From positions 1 through 39,069 of the IMG/VR virus record IMGVR_UViG_3300020151_000582: a stretch of 39,069 nucleotides of DNA, one strand, 5' to 3'. The translations under genes were made by a program, and so were the position numbers. The first letter of the stretch is position 1. Each line of letters opens with the position of its first letter. The notes beneath the pieces are model-generated. The model was not told where the DNA came from, searched no databases, and saw only the letters and a program-made list of their open reading frames with translations. Positions 17,001 through 26,800 of the stretch are shown in pieces. The DNA is from a virus. Taxonomy: Duplodnaviria > Caudoviricetes.

Positions 17001-19189
17001 TAACAAATGTTGTTATAACTAACCCTGGATTTGGATACACTCAGTCAAATCCACCACAAGTTGTTATAGACGAACCTTTAAATTATACCAATATTCCTTT
17101 AATTTATTCACAGTCATCTCCATCGGGTATTGGTACTGGTGCAACAGTAGATATAACAGTTGGTCAAGGATCAAGTGTTATTAATTTTGAACTTAAAAAT
17201 CTTGGGTACGGATATGGACAAGGCGATATATTGACTGTACCCATGGGTGGAACCACTGGAATACCGACAGATTCATCCACATTTACTTTATATCCATTCA
17301 AAGAGTTTAATTTATTCGTTGACAAAACATTTAATTCAAAATTCTCTGGATGGTCAATGGGTGATATATTAGTTTTAGATGATATTACACCATATTTTAA
17401 TGGAAGAAGAAGAATATTCCCTCTTTCTAAAAATGGACAAAGAATATCATTCTTCCCCAGAAGATCTTCAGGAATTGATTTAGAATATAATCTTTTAATC
17501 TTTATAAATGATGTTTTACAAAAACCAGGGGAATCTTATACATTTACTGGAGGTAGTGTAATAAGATTTAGTGACCCCCCCAATCCAAGAATTTCTGGAG
17601 TTAGTAATACTGGTGATGTTTGTAAACTAATGATATACACCGGAACTCAATCTATAGATGTTATAGAAGTTGATGTTATAGAAACTTTAAAAGTTGGTGA
17701 TGATGTTAAAATTTTTAGTGATGTTGATGAAACTCTATCTCAAAATAACAGGACAATAACACTTATAAATTCTGCAGATACCATTACAACCAACACTTAT
17801 TCTGAACAAGGTGTTAGTTCAAATGAATTATTAGAAAGACCAATAAATTGGACAAAACAGACAGAAGATAAAGTTATTAATGATGAAGAAGTTGGAAAAG
17901 ATAGAACCTATTATGAACCAAATATCCACTCTCAAGCATTAATACTGAATAATATTGGGATAGGATCAACTTTTGTTTATGTTTCGTCAGTTAAATCTTT
18001 ATTTGATAATCCCAAAGAGGGTATTTTGGTTGAAAAACAAAAGCAAGTAGAAATTGTATCACCTGATAATTTAGTTTCTGGAATTGGATCTGCTATTGTA
18101 TCTGTTGCAAATTCTATTACTTCCATAACCGTAATAAATCCTGGATTTGGATATACATCCAACCCAAATGTCATTATACAAAGACCAGAGATAGGAAATA
18201 TTGGAATTTCTTCAGCAATTGCAAATGTTTCTTCTGGAGTTATAACATCATTTACTATAACAAATCCTGGTTTTGGATATACTACAGGACCAATTTCATC
18301 ATTAATTATTAATCAACAGGGTATTGGATATCCACCAATAGATTCAACATCTAATATTTTCACTAGTGCAAGATTAAAAACACTAACTGGAAAAGGTAGT
18401 GGAGCTCAGGCAACAATAGAATTGGATGTTATTAACAAATCAGTTACATCAATTCAAATTGCAGAAGGTGGTAAAAACTATTCAGTTAATGATTTAGTTA
18501 TGGTGGAAAGTTATGACAGTGTTGGATTAGCTACAACTTATAGAAGATACACCTTGGCATCACCAATTATCTTCAAAGTATCAAGTATTCGTGGACCTTT
18601 AGTATTAGTATCACCACCGACACCAAATTATGAATTAGTTCAAAATGTAAATTATCAAGGTGATTATGGCATAGTCGTTGGTGTAGGTACTACTAACGTT
18701 GGAATATCAACAGGGATAATTTTTGATTTCTATATTCCATCAAATTCACCTTTAGTAACAGATGGTCATGGAATTAGTGTTAGTGGAATAAAAACTGGGG
18801 ATTATTTTATAATTTCAAATTCATCAGTTGGTTATGGAATTACTTCACTCACAAAATCAAATTCTGTTTTAGGAATAGGAACTCAAAATATAGATAATGT
18901 ATATGAAGTTTACACATATTCACAAGTTAATAGATTTTTACCAACAATAGGAATATCAACTACTGTGGTAAGAGTTATTACAAATGTGAAATCATATAAT
19001 GGATTGAACACTGCGATTTCAATTGCATCTACTGATTATTATGCAACTTATAGTTGGGGTAAAATTAATTTTACGGATAGATCATCTGCCAAAATATTTA
19101 CAACATCAACAAATCTATTCTCCGGAATTTCATCAAATCCAATTATAAGAAGAAAATTTGGATTAGCATATCAAGATTATTATATCTAA
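8045..19189 (+). CDS. gp7: Giant baseplate wedge initiator (gp7-like), 3714 aa, multi-domain with a YHYH-like domain
   Basis: Lies between gp6 and gp8; IKDFYSSKGS..S..ILFR..FG and QNNDYYQEFSYSI...NHTLGFKKFSD motifs; GWAYDGNPIYGPYGY and DLD.YNGR...TPEYPNG.YAYF; many repeated beta modules. Confidence 0.85.
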   Translation: MLNERIKTKDLIRSQIPNFIFEEGNSEFLEDFLTEYYNSVEYQGGPNDLLNNIDQYVKLENISELNLSTKLSEDVLFDSYEIFVDSTVDFPSENGIVKINDEIIFYQYKDANSFKNCTRAFSGTVSYTSISNSETFLKTSNSTHNKGDTVYNLRSLFLYEFFKKFKNHFAFGFEEANFYEPVNETLFLSKIKDFYSSKGSDNSFDILFRAVFGVSSKIIKPRDYLIRPSDSDYRTTRDIVVEQISGDPENLVNLTLFQDEIPSFIPFSSGTVTKVEKLIRLNRIYYRISLDYSPTVNSGSFDIHPKTFVTSDTIVGQPYIDVDSTNGFEDSGKLLVYIGNNSYKEISYTSKTSTQFLGCSETIKLDRKQELLSPYYAYAYNNGDIIKVRVTGVLSTVEPIDSTYFYDQGDELEVLSLGSYSNRGPLQTSWLVNCTPYFDVLSVEKLALYRYRITTTDDNTITVGDSLTLSNGSNKFDASVIKSTNKKAFDIQLNSEIDVTLDYVVTKNILKVNCRTYGNLNTTSANVNNVYDGMDGTTMISSPSLPNYLNNQLIIKDFLITINGFFDGYQLYVGKHPFFTGDNISYQGEENNNLNIPNGSYYVKKIDDNNIKLATSRSNIFRDTFVYVNGSVTNNTLKLTNFANQTVRPQKLLRKFYSQLPSSEKQIVTPGQIGMFVNGVEALSYKTGDFIFYGKIENIDISSVGDNEYDVINPPKLLISDPIGFGATGVCNVTGSLRKIDLLDKNYSFTGEIPRVTISGGNGTGAKAECIVVPVNVDIEFGANSNAGLVNISSNTIGFTTFHRLNQYDKVVYQCGIQTAVGGLVNNATYHVSVINSNTIKLYPSYDNAVSGINTVDLTSYGNGIHKFRTFEVKNIISSIEVINGGEGYSTKKLFFNPEDINLYSNNITIQNHNYQNKEIVTYNFNGTQASGISTSSNYFVKVIDKNNIRLSLVGVGTISEDYYYDNNLTVKFTSQGLGVHELNYLPIVVTVDSPVGIITFSGQNSSVEVQPIFRGSIQSISLSNSGQQYGDQEIINYKRQPVVEVLNGSDAVLTPIVSNGSIVDVLINNPGSNYNSIPSLSVLGDGLGCVLIPIIKDGKIDRVIISSGGVNYTQPQTRIYAIPAGSGVQFDTNIKSWNINLVERLINTSQITDDDGVVANSIDRTNELEYCHAYVPRKLRESLLSSAIGPTGETIYRNDLSNDPALIKYHSSVLGWAYDGNPIYGPYGYSDPQGGAVRRMISGYTVNNNPERPSLYPVGFFIEDYIFTNDGDLDVYNGRYCKTPEYPNGVYAYFTTVNGLEESDGPFRSYLKPQFPYIIGNYYECPIIPFNYDENSNENKINLNDSGYLRNTYYYHLLAKNSGYDCIIDPTKNIEQKTTISDTSTGSLTRLSVVSAGSSYRVGDVVSLSNNETGGRNASAVVGEIIGKNIVSLGSSSILISNVEFSPTSNRSIVGVCTLPHNFVNAEVISITNLNNYEIDLSKRNYSVGITTHSMNLSSYLDTQAVTGIVTFVGVYGNLNYPNIRVGDIYNIGNEKIKILEINKNFSQLKILRGYDGTSGVAHTQGSILFENPRKFTISFNSQNPSISQKNTPLNKLIYFNPEESLGRGSGVGIGTTIFFSHVGYGITQLIIPVKSIYLRNHELNTGDSIIYSNSGNTSITVSTGSTTYPLTNNTKLYVGKINDSLIGISTLPVGVGSTGSFVNIGTNNQDPFLSFTDYGSGFDHLFTTDLQNTLQGDVVKTNANVITEENHNLNIGDIINLIVYPGITTSISVQYNDANRRMVMNPKSFTLFDVDTNEDTILIPNHGYKTGHKVLHISVSSTGGLFNDTIYYVIVVDRNRIRLSDQYYGSSRRDIDLSYIDLTSPSFGVLWSVNPEIKVYRNNTVTFDLSDLSLSSSGMPAFTFDFYTDREFKNKFYTTDFENFSVKRVGNIGIDANASVTLIINSATPPVLYYKLTPIVKGGIPQSKSEIILDDDNIDNNNTMIVSGSLYCNTYAVVGVGSTSIKLSMDVVPETDLYNESTADMAYFTQSGDSEGPISFIRITTGGNEYRRLPSVLSVTSSSGLGTDALLLPFSNSIGKVNTYTINDIGFDYPSDKTLSPVTLLPKIFKIEPLSKFESIKIVSPGVNYFVAPQLVALDGLTGRVNTEVDLRYNVGDTEVTIVRNTRGVYNLNPIILPINNPNGITISSINFNNTSYDVTVGLAVSFGSVNDFPFEVGDRVIVENTNIDLIEGGDGYNCENYDYKLFTLKSINPDIGGESPTITFNLSEVTTNPNPGVFDSFESIGTVTPEKYFPVFDVTLVKDKFITGEVIKNQAGLSGIAQAYDYKNEYLKLNTTENFQLNDFVTGESSKNSGLISEVTNFRTKHIIGSNSIINSGWKDTVGNLNDDTQRVQNNDYYQEFSYSINSTISYEKWNSLVSTLNHTLGFKKFSDLSIESYQSENVGFITTPNNISLTSLVTLDGISNINTYKDFDICKERSIFIGDKYVSNQILFANPFLTKYNEFIGNRVLKIDDVSSEFNDQQTQFTLKHNGSFIFSKEFDATVGSIVGLVDNTVSLPNHFFVTGEEIEYIPFNNDPSNSIGIGTTYFVGVGTTSKLPSSVYVIKIDTEKVQLASSAQNALLFNPIPLSLTSVGTGKTHIFRSKNTNTRSLITLNGIIQSPLVSTAVTTTLSSSVGIGSTIFGLSGITSIFSGDLIKVNNEIMFVNAVGSSSTNSVNVLRGHVGTSATFTHSSGSLVTKLVGNYNIIGNTINFPESVPGLSPIGTTTSNNPNEVDYLGITTSTRFDGRVFIRSALKQGYTTTYDKAYNTNYVFDDISQSFNGISTSFTLKVDKSNVTGFSTSNAMILINDIFQGPRRSSLSPLLTIPGDYTLEETSGKTDIIFTGSPANFNQTNDINASSVPRGGIIVSVGSSSGLRYQPLVGAGGTCVVSVAGTIQSVAIGNSGSGYRVGVQTYIRVGVQTYSSGTPNITYIGYANAANGKVTNVVITNPGFGYTQSNPPQVVIDEPLNYTNIPLIYSQSSPSGIGTGATVDITVGQGSSVINFELKNLGYGYGQGDILTVPMGGTTGIPTDSSTFTLYPFKEFNLFVDKTFNSKFSGWSMGDILVLDDITPYFNGRRRIFPLSKNGQRISFFPRRSSGIDLEYNLLIFINDVLQKPGESYTFTGGSVIRFSDPPNPRISGVSNTGDVCKLMIYTGTQSIDVIEVDVIETLKVGDDVKIFSDVDETLSQNNRTITLINSADTITTNTYSEQGVSSNELLERPINWTKQTEDKVINDEEVGKDRTYYEPNIHSQALILNNIGIGSTFVYVSSVKSLFDNPKEGILVEKQKQVEIVSPDNLVSGIGSAIVSVANSITSITVINPGFGYTSNPNVIIQRPEIGNIGISSAIANVSSGVITSFTITNPGFGYTTGPISSLIINQQGIGYPPIDSTSNIFTSARLKTLTGKGSGAQATIELDVINKSVTSIQIAEGGKNYSVNDLVMVESYDSVGLATTYRRYTLASPIIFKVSSIRGPLVLVSPPTPNYELVQNVNYQGDYGIVVGVGTTNVGISTGIIFDFYIPSNSPLVTDGHGISVSGIKTGDYFIISNSSVGYGITSLTKSNSVLGIGTQNIDNVYEVYTYSQVNRFLPTIGISTTVVRVITNVKSYNGLNTAISIASTDYYATYSWGKINFTDRSSAKIFTTSTNLFSGISSNPIIRRKFGLAYQDYYI

Positions 19190-19195
19190 TCTCTA

Positions 19196-19202
19196 ATAAA
19201 TA
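19196..19202 (+). promoter_or_regulatory. T4-type late promoter motif
   Basis: ATAAATA between gp7 and gp8. Confidence 0.65.
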
Positions 19203-19218
19203 ATTAAAAAAATAAACA

Positions 19219-20802
19219 ATGGCTGCAATTATAACAGATCAATTGAGGATTAGAAATACTAAGAATTTTATTCAAAGCATATCCTCAACTAGTAATTCTT
19301 ACTATAGTTTTATTGGATTACCAAATCCATATACAATTTCATCAACTTGGGATGTTAATCCACCATCACCAAAAGATAATGGAGATGAAGAAAATAATTA
19401 TTGGGATAGTATTGTTGCACTTAAAAGAATAAATCCAAATGATGTTAAGCCTGTTGTTAGAAAAATTAGGTGGACATCATCAACAATTTATGATATGTAT
19501 CGCCATGATGTTAGTAGAACTAATTTATCAAAACCATCTAATAAAACAAGTTTATATAACTCAAATTTTTATGTATTGAATAGTGAATTTAGAGTATATA
19601 TTTGTTTAAACAATGGTATAGATCCAGAAAATCCAAATGGAAAACCATCATTAGATGAACCTAAATTTACCGATTTGGAGCCAAGATCTGCTGGAACTAG
19701 TGGTGATGGTTATATCTGGAAATATCTTTATACAATCTCACCATCAGATTTGATCAAATTTGATTCAGTTGATTTTATGCCTGTCCCTACTGACTGGGAT
19801 ACTGGTATCGACAATCAAGCAATAAAAAGTCATGCATTAACTAGTGGTCAGATAAAAATTGCATCTATAAAAAATAGAGGATTTGAGGTTGGTCCACCTA
19901 ATGTAACATATACAAGAGTTCCGATCAGTGGTGATGGTTCAAATGCTGAAGCTACAATTATTGTTAATAATGATTCTAAAGTAGAATCTATTGTTATTAC
20001 CAGTGGTGGATCTGGATACACTTATGGAACTGTTAACTTATCCGCTGGAAATGTCCCAACAGGAACAGTTTCTCCAGTATTTGATGTTATCATCCCACCA
20101 CCAAATGGGCATGGTTATGATATTTACCGCGAACTGGGTGTTACTAACACATTAATATACGCTAGAATAGAAAATGATGATCAAAATCCAGACTTTGTAA
20201 CTGGAACAAAAATATCAAGAATTGGTATTATAGAAAATCCACAATCTTATGAATCTGGATCCACATTAACAGATTCTAGAGCAAGTGGCGTGTATGCTTT
20301 AATATTGAAAGGATTAACTCCAAATCAAAATCAATATAGAACAACTACATTTACAGCAAACAGTATAATATCACAAACTGTTGGTACTGGTGTAACTGCA
20401 ATCGGAAAAGTAATTTCGTATGACCAAACAACTGGCGTTTTAAAATACACGCAAGATAGAACTTTGGTTGGATTTAATACTGATGGTACACAAAATACAT
20501 CACCATTATATGGATTTTCACAAAATAGATTCACATCAAATGTTACTGGAACTGGTTCTTTAAGAATAGTTGGTGGTTCATCAGATTTATATATTGATAA
20601 TGGATTTGGATCTCAAACTAATCCTGGCGTTAGTACTGTAATAAATAATAGAACTTACTACCTTGGTCAATCGTTTATACAGGGAGTATCAAATCCAGAA
20701 GTTAAAAAATATTCTGGAAATATAATATACGTTGACAATAGACCTGCAATAACTAGGTCTGTAAATCAAAAAGAAGACATAAAAGTTATTTTGCAATTTT
20801 AA
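19219..20802 (+). CDS. gp8: Baseplate wedge subunit gp8
   Basis: MAAIITDQ.RI, YDMYRHD, FYVLNSEFRVYICL.NG, DGYIWKYLYTI, SGNIIYVDNR..ITRS.NQKEDIK.ILQF. Confidence 0.93.
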   Translation: MAAIITDQLRIRNTKNFIQSISSTSNSYYSFIGLPNPYTISSTWDVNPPSPKDNGDEENNYWDSIVALKRINPNDVKPVVRKIRWTSSTIYDMYRHDVSRTNLSKPSNKTSLYNSNFYVLNSEFRVYICLNNGIDPENPNGKPSLDEPKFTDLEPRSAGTSGDGYIWKYLYTISPSDLIKFDSVDFMPVPTDWDTGIDNQAIKSHALTSGQIKIASIKNRGFEVGPPNVTYTRVPISGDGSNAEATIIVNNDSKVESIVITSGGSGYTYGTVNLSAGNVPTGTVSPVFDVIIPPPNGHGYDIYRELGVTNTLIYARIENDDQNPDFVTGTKISRIGIIENPQSYESGSTLTDSRASGVYALILKGLTPNQNQYRTTTFTANSIISQTVGTGVTAIGKVISYDQTTGVLKYTQDRTLVGFNTDGTQNTSPLYGFSQNRFTSNVTGTGSLRIVGGSSDLYIDNGFGSQTNPGVSTVINNRTYYLGQSFIQGVSNPEVKKYSGNIIYVDNRPAITRSVNQKEDIKVILQF

Positions 20803-20808
20803 CGAATC

Positions 20809-23800
20809 ATGCCACAAGAAACAAATTTAAATGTCTCTCCTTATTTTGACGATTTTGATCCAAATAAAAATTATTACAAGGTTCTTTTTAAGCCTGGATA
20901 CCCTATCCAGGCAAGAGAATTAACAACCTTACAATCAATTTTACAAAATCAAATTGAAAAATTTGGAAATCATATTTTCAAAGAAGGATCTCTTGTAATT
21001 CCAGGAAGAATAAATTATACAAATCAACTATACTGTGTAAATGTACAAAGAAACTATCTGGGAACGGATATAGGTGCATATACAAGTAATCTTATTAATA
21101 GAGCTGTCCGTGGACAAAGATCAAACGTTAAAGCAAAAATATTTTATATATTAACACCAGAAGAAACTGATAGAGATACATATACTTTTTATATAAATTA
21201 TCTTTCCGAGGGAGTTGGTGATCAAAAAACATTCATCGATAATGAAGCATTAATACTAGATGAAGATTTTGTTATAAATCCAAGCTTACCATTCCAAACA
21301 AATCAACAGGTTGCTACTACTGCAGTAGAAGATTCCATATCCATAGGATCTGCAGTATTTTTAACTGAAGGAGTATACTTCATTAGAGGATCTTTTGTAA
21401 GAGTTCCATCTCAAACTTTAATTTTAGAATCTCATGGTACTGCACCAACTACTAGAGTTGGATTAGAAATTAGAGAAAATATCGTATCATCATCTCAAGA
21501 TTCGTCTTTAAATGATAATGCTAGAGGATTTAATAACTATGCAGCACCAGGAGCTGATAGATTACAAATTACAGCAACTCTAGTACAAAGATCTTTAGAA
21601 ACTGACAGACACGAAAATTTCATAGAACTATTAGTAATTCGTGGTGGGGAAGTATCTAGATTACAAGATAATACAGTATATGATCAACTAGCAGTAGAAT
21701 TGGCTAGAAGAACATACGATCAATCAGGTGATTTTTATGTAAAACCATTCGTTATATCATCACACGAATCTCTTAATAATAATAAAGGAAATAATGGAAT
21801 TTTCTTTGCTGGACAAAGAACTTATTCTGGTAGAGAACCTGAGGAGAATTTAGGTGTTTACAAGATATCCCCTGGAAAAGCATATGTAAAGGGGTATGAA
21901 GTAAATAATCAGCATGTTAACTATTTGGATTTTCCTAAGACTAGAGAAACTACAACATTACAAAATCAACTAATAAATTATTTTACCGGACCTTCATTAA
22001 AATTAAATAGGTCTTCCGGTTTACCGAAAATTGGATTTACAACTTCCGTATTGAGTTTAAGAGATACTAGAGTTGGTATAAATTCCAATTTACCATCGGG
22101 ACAAGAAATAGGAGTAGCTAGAATATATGATTATCAGTTGGATGGGGATTATTCCACAATAAATCCCAATTTAAATGAATGGAGTATATCGCTGTATGAT
22201 ATACAAACATATACAACTATTACATTAAACCAATCCGTAGCATTGACTACACCCACTTACATTCAAGGTAAGGCAAGTGGTGCTACTGGACATTTAAGAT
22301 ATGATTCTTCTTCTGGAATTATTACTGCATATAACGTAAAAGGTAATTTTTTAGTTGGAGAAAAGTTTTCGTTCAACGGAATAGAAAATAATAGAGTATC
22401 TACAGCAGTAACTTCTTATGGCATCAATGATGTAAAATCAGTATATAATGAGGTTGGAACTGGAGTATCATTTACTGCAGATACAGTTTTATATGATGCA
22501 GTAAGTTACAATTCAGTTACGATTAGTCCAAAATCAGGATCTGCTCCCGGAATATCAACAGTAACGTCAAATACTTTAGAATTTAATAATAAAGTAAAAC
22601 CTGGTGATCTAGTTTCATTCACAAACACACTTTTAACTAACACTTCTGTTAAAACATTTGCGAAAGTTGAAAGAGTAACTGGAGATTATACAATAGTTAT
22701 ATCTGGAATTAATACTGTTGCAAATATTAATGATGGTGGATTACCAGTTTCCACTCTAAATTCAACAGATTTCACAATATTACAATCTACTTTTGAATCC
22801 TCAACAGATAATACTCTTTACACACCATTACCAAAGCGATATATTTCAAATGTAGATTTGACAAATTCGTCTTTAGTGATCAAAAAAGAATTTGCTGTGA
22901 CGATCACATCAAATTCATCTAATATTATTCAAGCAGACGTAAATGAATCATTTTTATCTTTTACAGAAACTAGGTATACTTTAACAACTTCCGATGGGGT
23001 TATTATACCACTTTCTAGAGATAAATTCACATTTACTGCAAATAATACACAAATCCAATTAAATGGGTTGAGTGTCTCCTCTGGATCTGCAAGATTAATA
23101 GCAACATTAAAAAAATCAAATGTTTCAAATAAAGTAAAAAATAAAACTAGAGTAAATTCATTAATAGTAAATAAATCTCAATATTCTAGATCTGGTGTAG
23201 GATCTACTACGTTTGATGATGGTTTATCTTATGGAAATTATGGATACGGTTTAAGAGTACAAGATAAAGATATCTGTCTATTAAAGCCAGATGTTACTAA
23301 AGTATATGGAGTTTTTGAATCTGTAAATACCGATGATCCAATATTACCAAAATTAATCCTAACTGAACTTACTGGTGCTAATGCAAGAGTTAGTGACACT
23401 TTAATTGGGGATGAAATATATGGAAATACAAGTGGTGCTTGTGCAATATCAGTAGAACAAATTGGATTAGATACAATAGGATTTGTATATTTAAATGATT
23501 TAAGGTTTGTCACCGGAGAATTATTAAGCTTTGTTGAAAGTAAGGTTGGTGCAAAAATTCAATCATTTACAGAAGGATCTCCTAATGTCGTTGACAGATA
23601 TAGTTTAGAAAGTGGGCAGAGAGATACAATTTGTGATTATTCTCGCTTAATTAGAAAAGATGATTCTAAGGAACCAAAAAGAAAATTAAAGGTAATATTT
23701 GAAAATGGAACTTATTTACCTACAGATAATGGGGATATAACAACAATATCATCATATAACCAGTTTAATTATTGTGACTTACCCCAGGTTTCAGGTAATT

Positions 23801-26800
23801 TAAAAGTATCTGATATTATAGATATCAGACCTAGAGTTTCTGATTTCGATTCATCCAATACCTCTGCATCTCCATTTGAATTTAATGGAAGATCATTTAC
23901 AAGTTATAGTAATTCTTCAAAAAATATTTTAGCACCTTATGAAAATATTGAATTAAATTATTCATATTATTTGGGTAGAATAGATAAAATATTTGTAGGT
24001 ATTGATGGATCTTTCCAGTTAGTAAAAGGAAGTGTAGCAGAAAATCCAGTTCCACCAATTTCTATCGACGATTCATTAGAAATTGCAACAATTACTATTC
24101 CACCATATCTATGCCATGCTGATAGTTGTTCAATAAAGTTGAATGAATATAAACGCTATAGGATGTCAGATATTGCAGTATTGGAAGAAAGAATAAGAAA
24201 ATTAGAGTATTATACTGCATTATCACTACTAGAAAAAACTACAGAAAATTTACATATTCCAGATGAAAGAGGATTAAATCGTTATAAATCTGGTATATTT
24301 GTAGATGATTTTGACAATAGAACAACACAATTAGATATTGGTCCAGTAAAAAATAGTATTGATAAACGAACCAAGGAACTTAGACCATCACCATTTACTA
24401 CTCAAATAGATTTACTTCTTGGAACATCAGAAATAGTATCTGGAAATCAACAAGAAGATGTTAAATTTACTAATAATATAACTGGTACTGGTATAAAAAG
24501 AACTGGTCAATTATTAACTTTAGATTATACAGAAGTCCCAGCTTATAGGCAAGGATTTGCTACTAGAATTGAAAACGTAACACCATATCTTGTTACCGAT
24601 TATGTTGGGTCTATCGATTTATTCCCAGCATCAGACATATGGATTGATCAAGTTACAATGTCGGCCAGATCATTCGCAGCAGATAATTATACACCAACCA
24701 GAAATCAATTAATTGCAACTGGATGGGATCCACAAACTGGTCTAAGCCCAACAATGTGGAGTGAGTGGGTACTTGGTGACTGGGTAGGTCAACCTAGAGT
24801 AGAGGAGCAAACATTTTTAACTGGAGCAGATATAGAATTTAATGGGGAATCTCTTTCTCTATCAACCTCATCACAAACAATTTCAAAAACATATCAAGAT
24901 AGATTAAGAACAAGAACTGGTACAAGAGCAAGGTTTGGAGAATCTACAACTCCACCACAATCAGAAGGAAGTTTTGTAACTGGAACTGAAGTTATACCTT
25001 ATATGAGATCCAGGAACATTGAGTTTACTGGTAAAAAATTCAAACCATTAACCAGACTTTATTCATTCTTCGATGGTATTGATGTAAATCGTTTTATTGT
25101 TCCTAAACTTTTAGAAATTAGAATGATTAGCGGTTCCTTTACTGTCGGTGAAATTGTTACTGGTACTATGACAACAGGATCAGAAACTGAAACACCAACT
25201 GCATCAACCCCTGATATTAAATTTAGAGTTGCAAAATCTAATCATAGATATGGACCTATTTCAAATCCAACTGACGTTTATATCTCAAGTCCATACGATA
25301 GAACTTACACAATTCCAGAATCTTATTCATCATCTTCGACCATTTTAAATATTGATACTTCATCTCTTGCTTCCATGAGCGAAGCCTTGACTAGTGGATT
25401 TGTCCAAGTTGGTATGAGAATTAGGGGATCTTCAGGTGAAGCGGTAATCACAGATGTTAAATTGGTAGCAGATGATGTTGGAACAATCATTGGTACATTC
25501 TTTATTCCTGACCCAAATATACCAACAAATCCAAGATTTGAAACTGGTACGAAAGTTTTTAGATTAACTAATAGTCAAGCAAATAGTTCTACGGGTGGTT
25601 TCGTTAGTAGTGGTGGTGAAGAACAGTTTTTTGCTCAAGGATCAAGATCTCAAAACACTGAGGTTGTAAGATCAACAAGAATTGCTACATTTACTCCAAT
25701 AAATGTAGAACCTCAGACTGAAATTCTACAAAATCAAGAAATTGCTAGAAGCACTACACCAGTACCTTCAGTACCTGGTACTATTTCAATACCATTACCA
25801 CCTCCACCAGATCCAGGTCCACCACCTAGATCAGGCAATCCTGCTCCAATAGTTACCCCAGAACCACAAAGACCAGCAACAGTACAAGTACCAGTACCAG
25901 TACCAGTAATAATTACTAGACCACCAGATATAAAAACATCAACACCTGTTTCAACAGTAACCAAAAACCCACCAAAAGCTAATGTTGTTATTTTAGGATT
26001 TCCTGGAGGAAATAGTCATACTAATGGGTATATAAAAGGTGCTCCACCAACAACAGTACTTTCAAATGGAACCACAAGACCTTCAACTCCTTCAGAAATT
26101 AATAAGGCTAGAGATACATTAGGAGATAATGCCTTTAAATCTCTTGGAGCCAATGCAGTAGGTAACTTTTTAGGACAAAAGAATGCAACACCAGTTCAAA
26201 GAAATACCACAAATGTTCTTACAAATAATAATAATATTAGTGGCAGGAGCACTGCGGTAGCAATTCCAGCGAAAAATCCACCACCTCCACCACCACCACC
26301 ATCAAATTCAGGTAAAGGTAATGGTGGTGGTAATAAGAACTGTGGTAAACGTGATCCATTGGCACAATCATTCTTTATTTCGGATGCTGATGGTAGATTT
26401 GTAACCAGTGTTGATGTTTATTTCAGAACAAAGGATCCATTAGTTCCTGTCATGCTGGAGTTGAGAACCATGATTAATGGTTATCCTTCATCAATTGTTT
26501 ATCCATTTAGTAGAGTTGTTTTAGAACCATACCAAGTTATAGAATCTTATGATGGTTCCGTAGCAACTAGATTTACATTCCCATCACCAGTTTGGTTGGA
26601 ATCGGGAGAACATGCTATTGTTCTTTTATCAGATTCTAATGAATATACTGTATGGATTTCTAGACTGGGAGAGTTGGATGTTGCCACAGCAAACTTACCA
26701 GAATCTAGACAAATAGTTGTATCCAACCAAACAGTATTGGGATCATTATTTAAATCCCAAAATGCAACAACTTGGACTCCAAGTCAGTATGAAGATCTTA

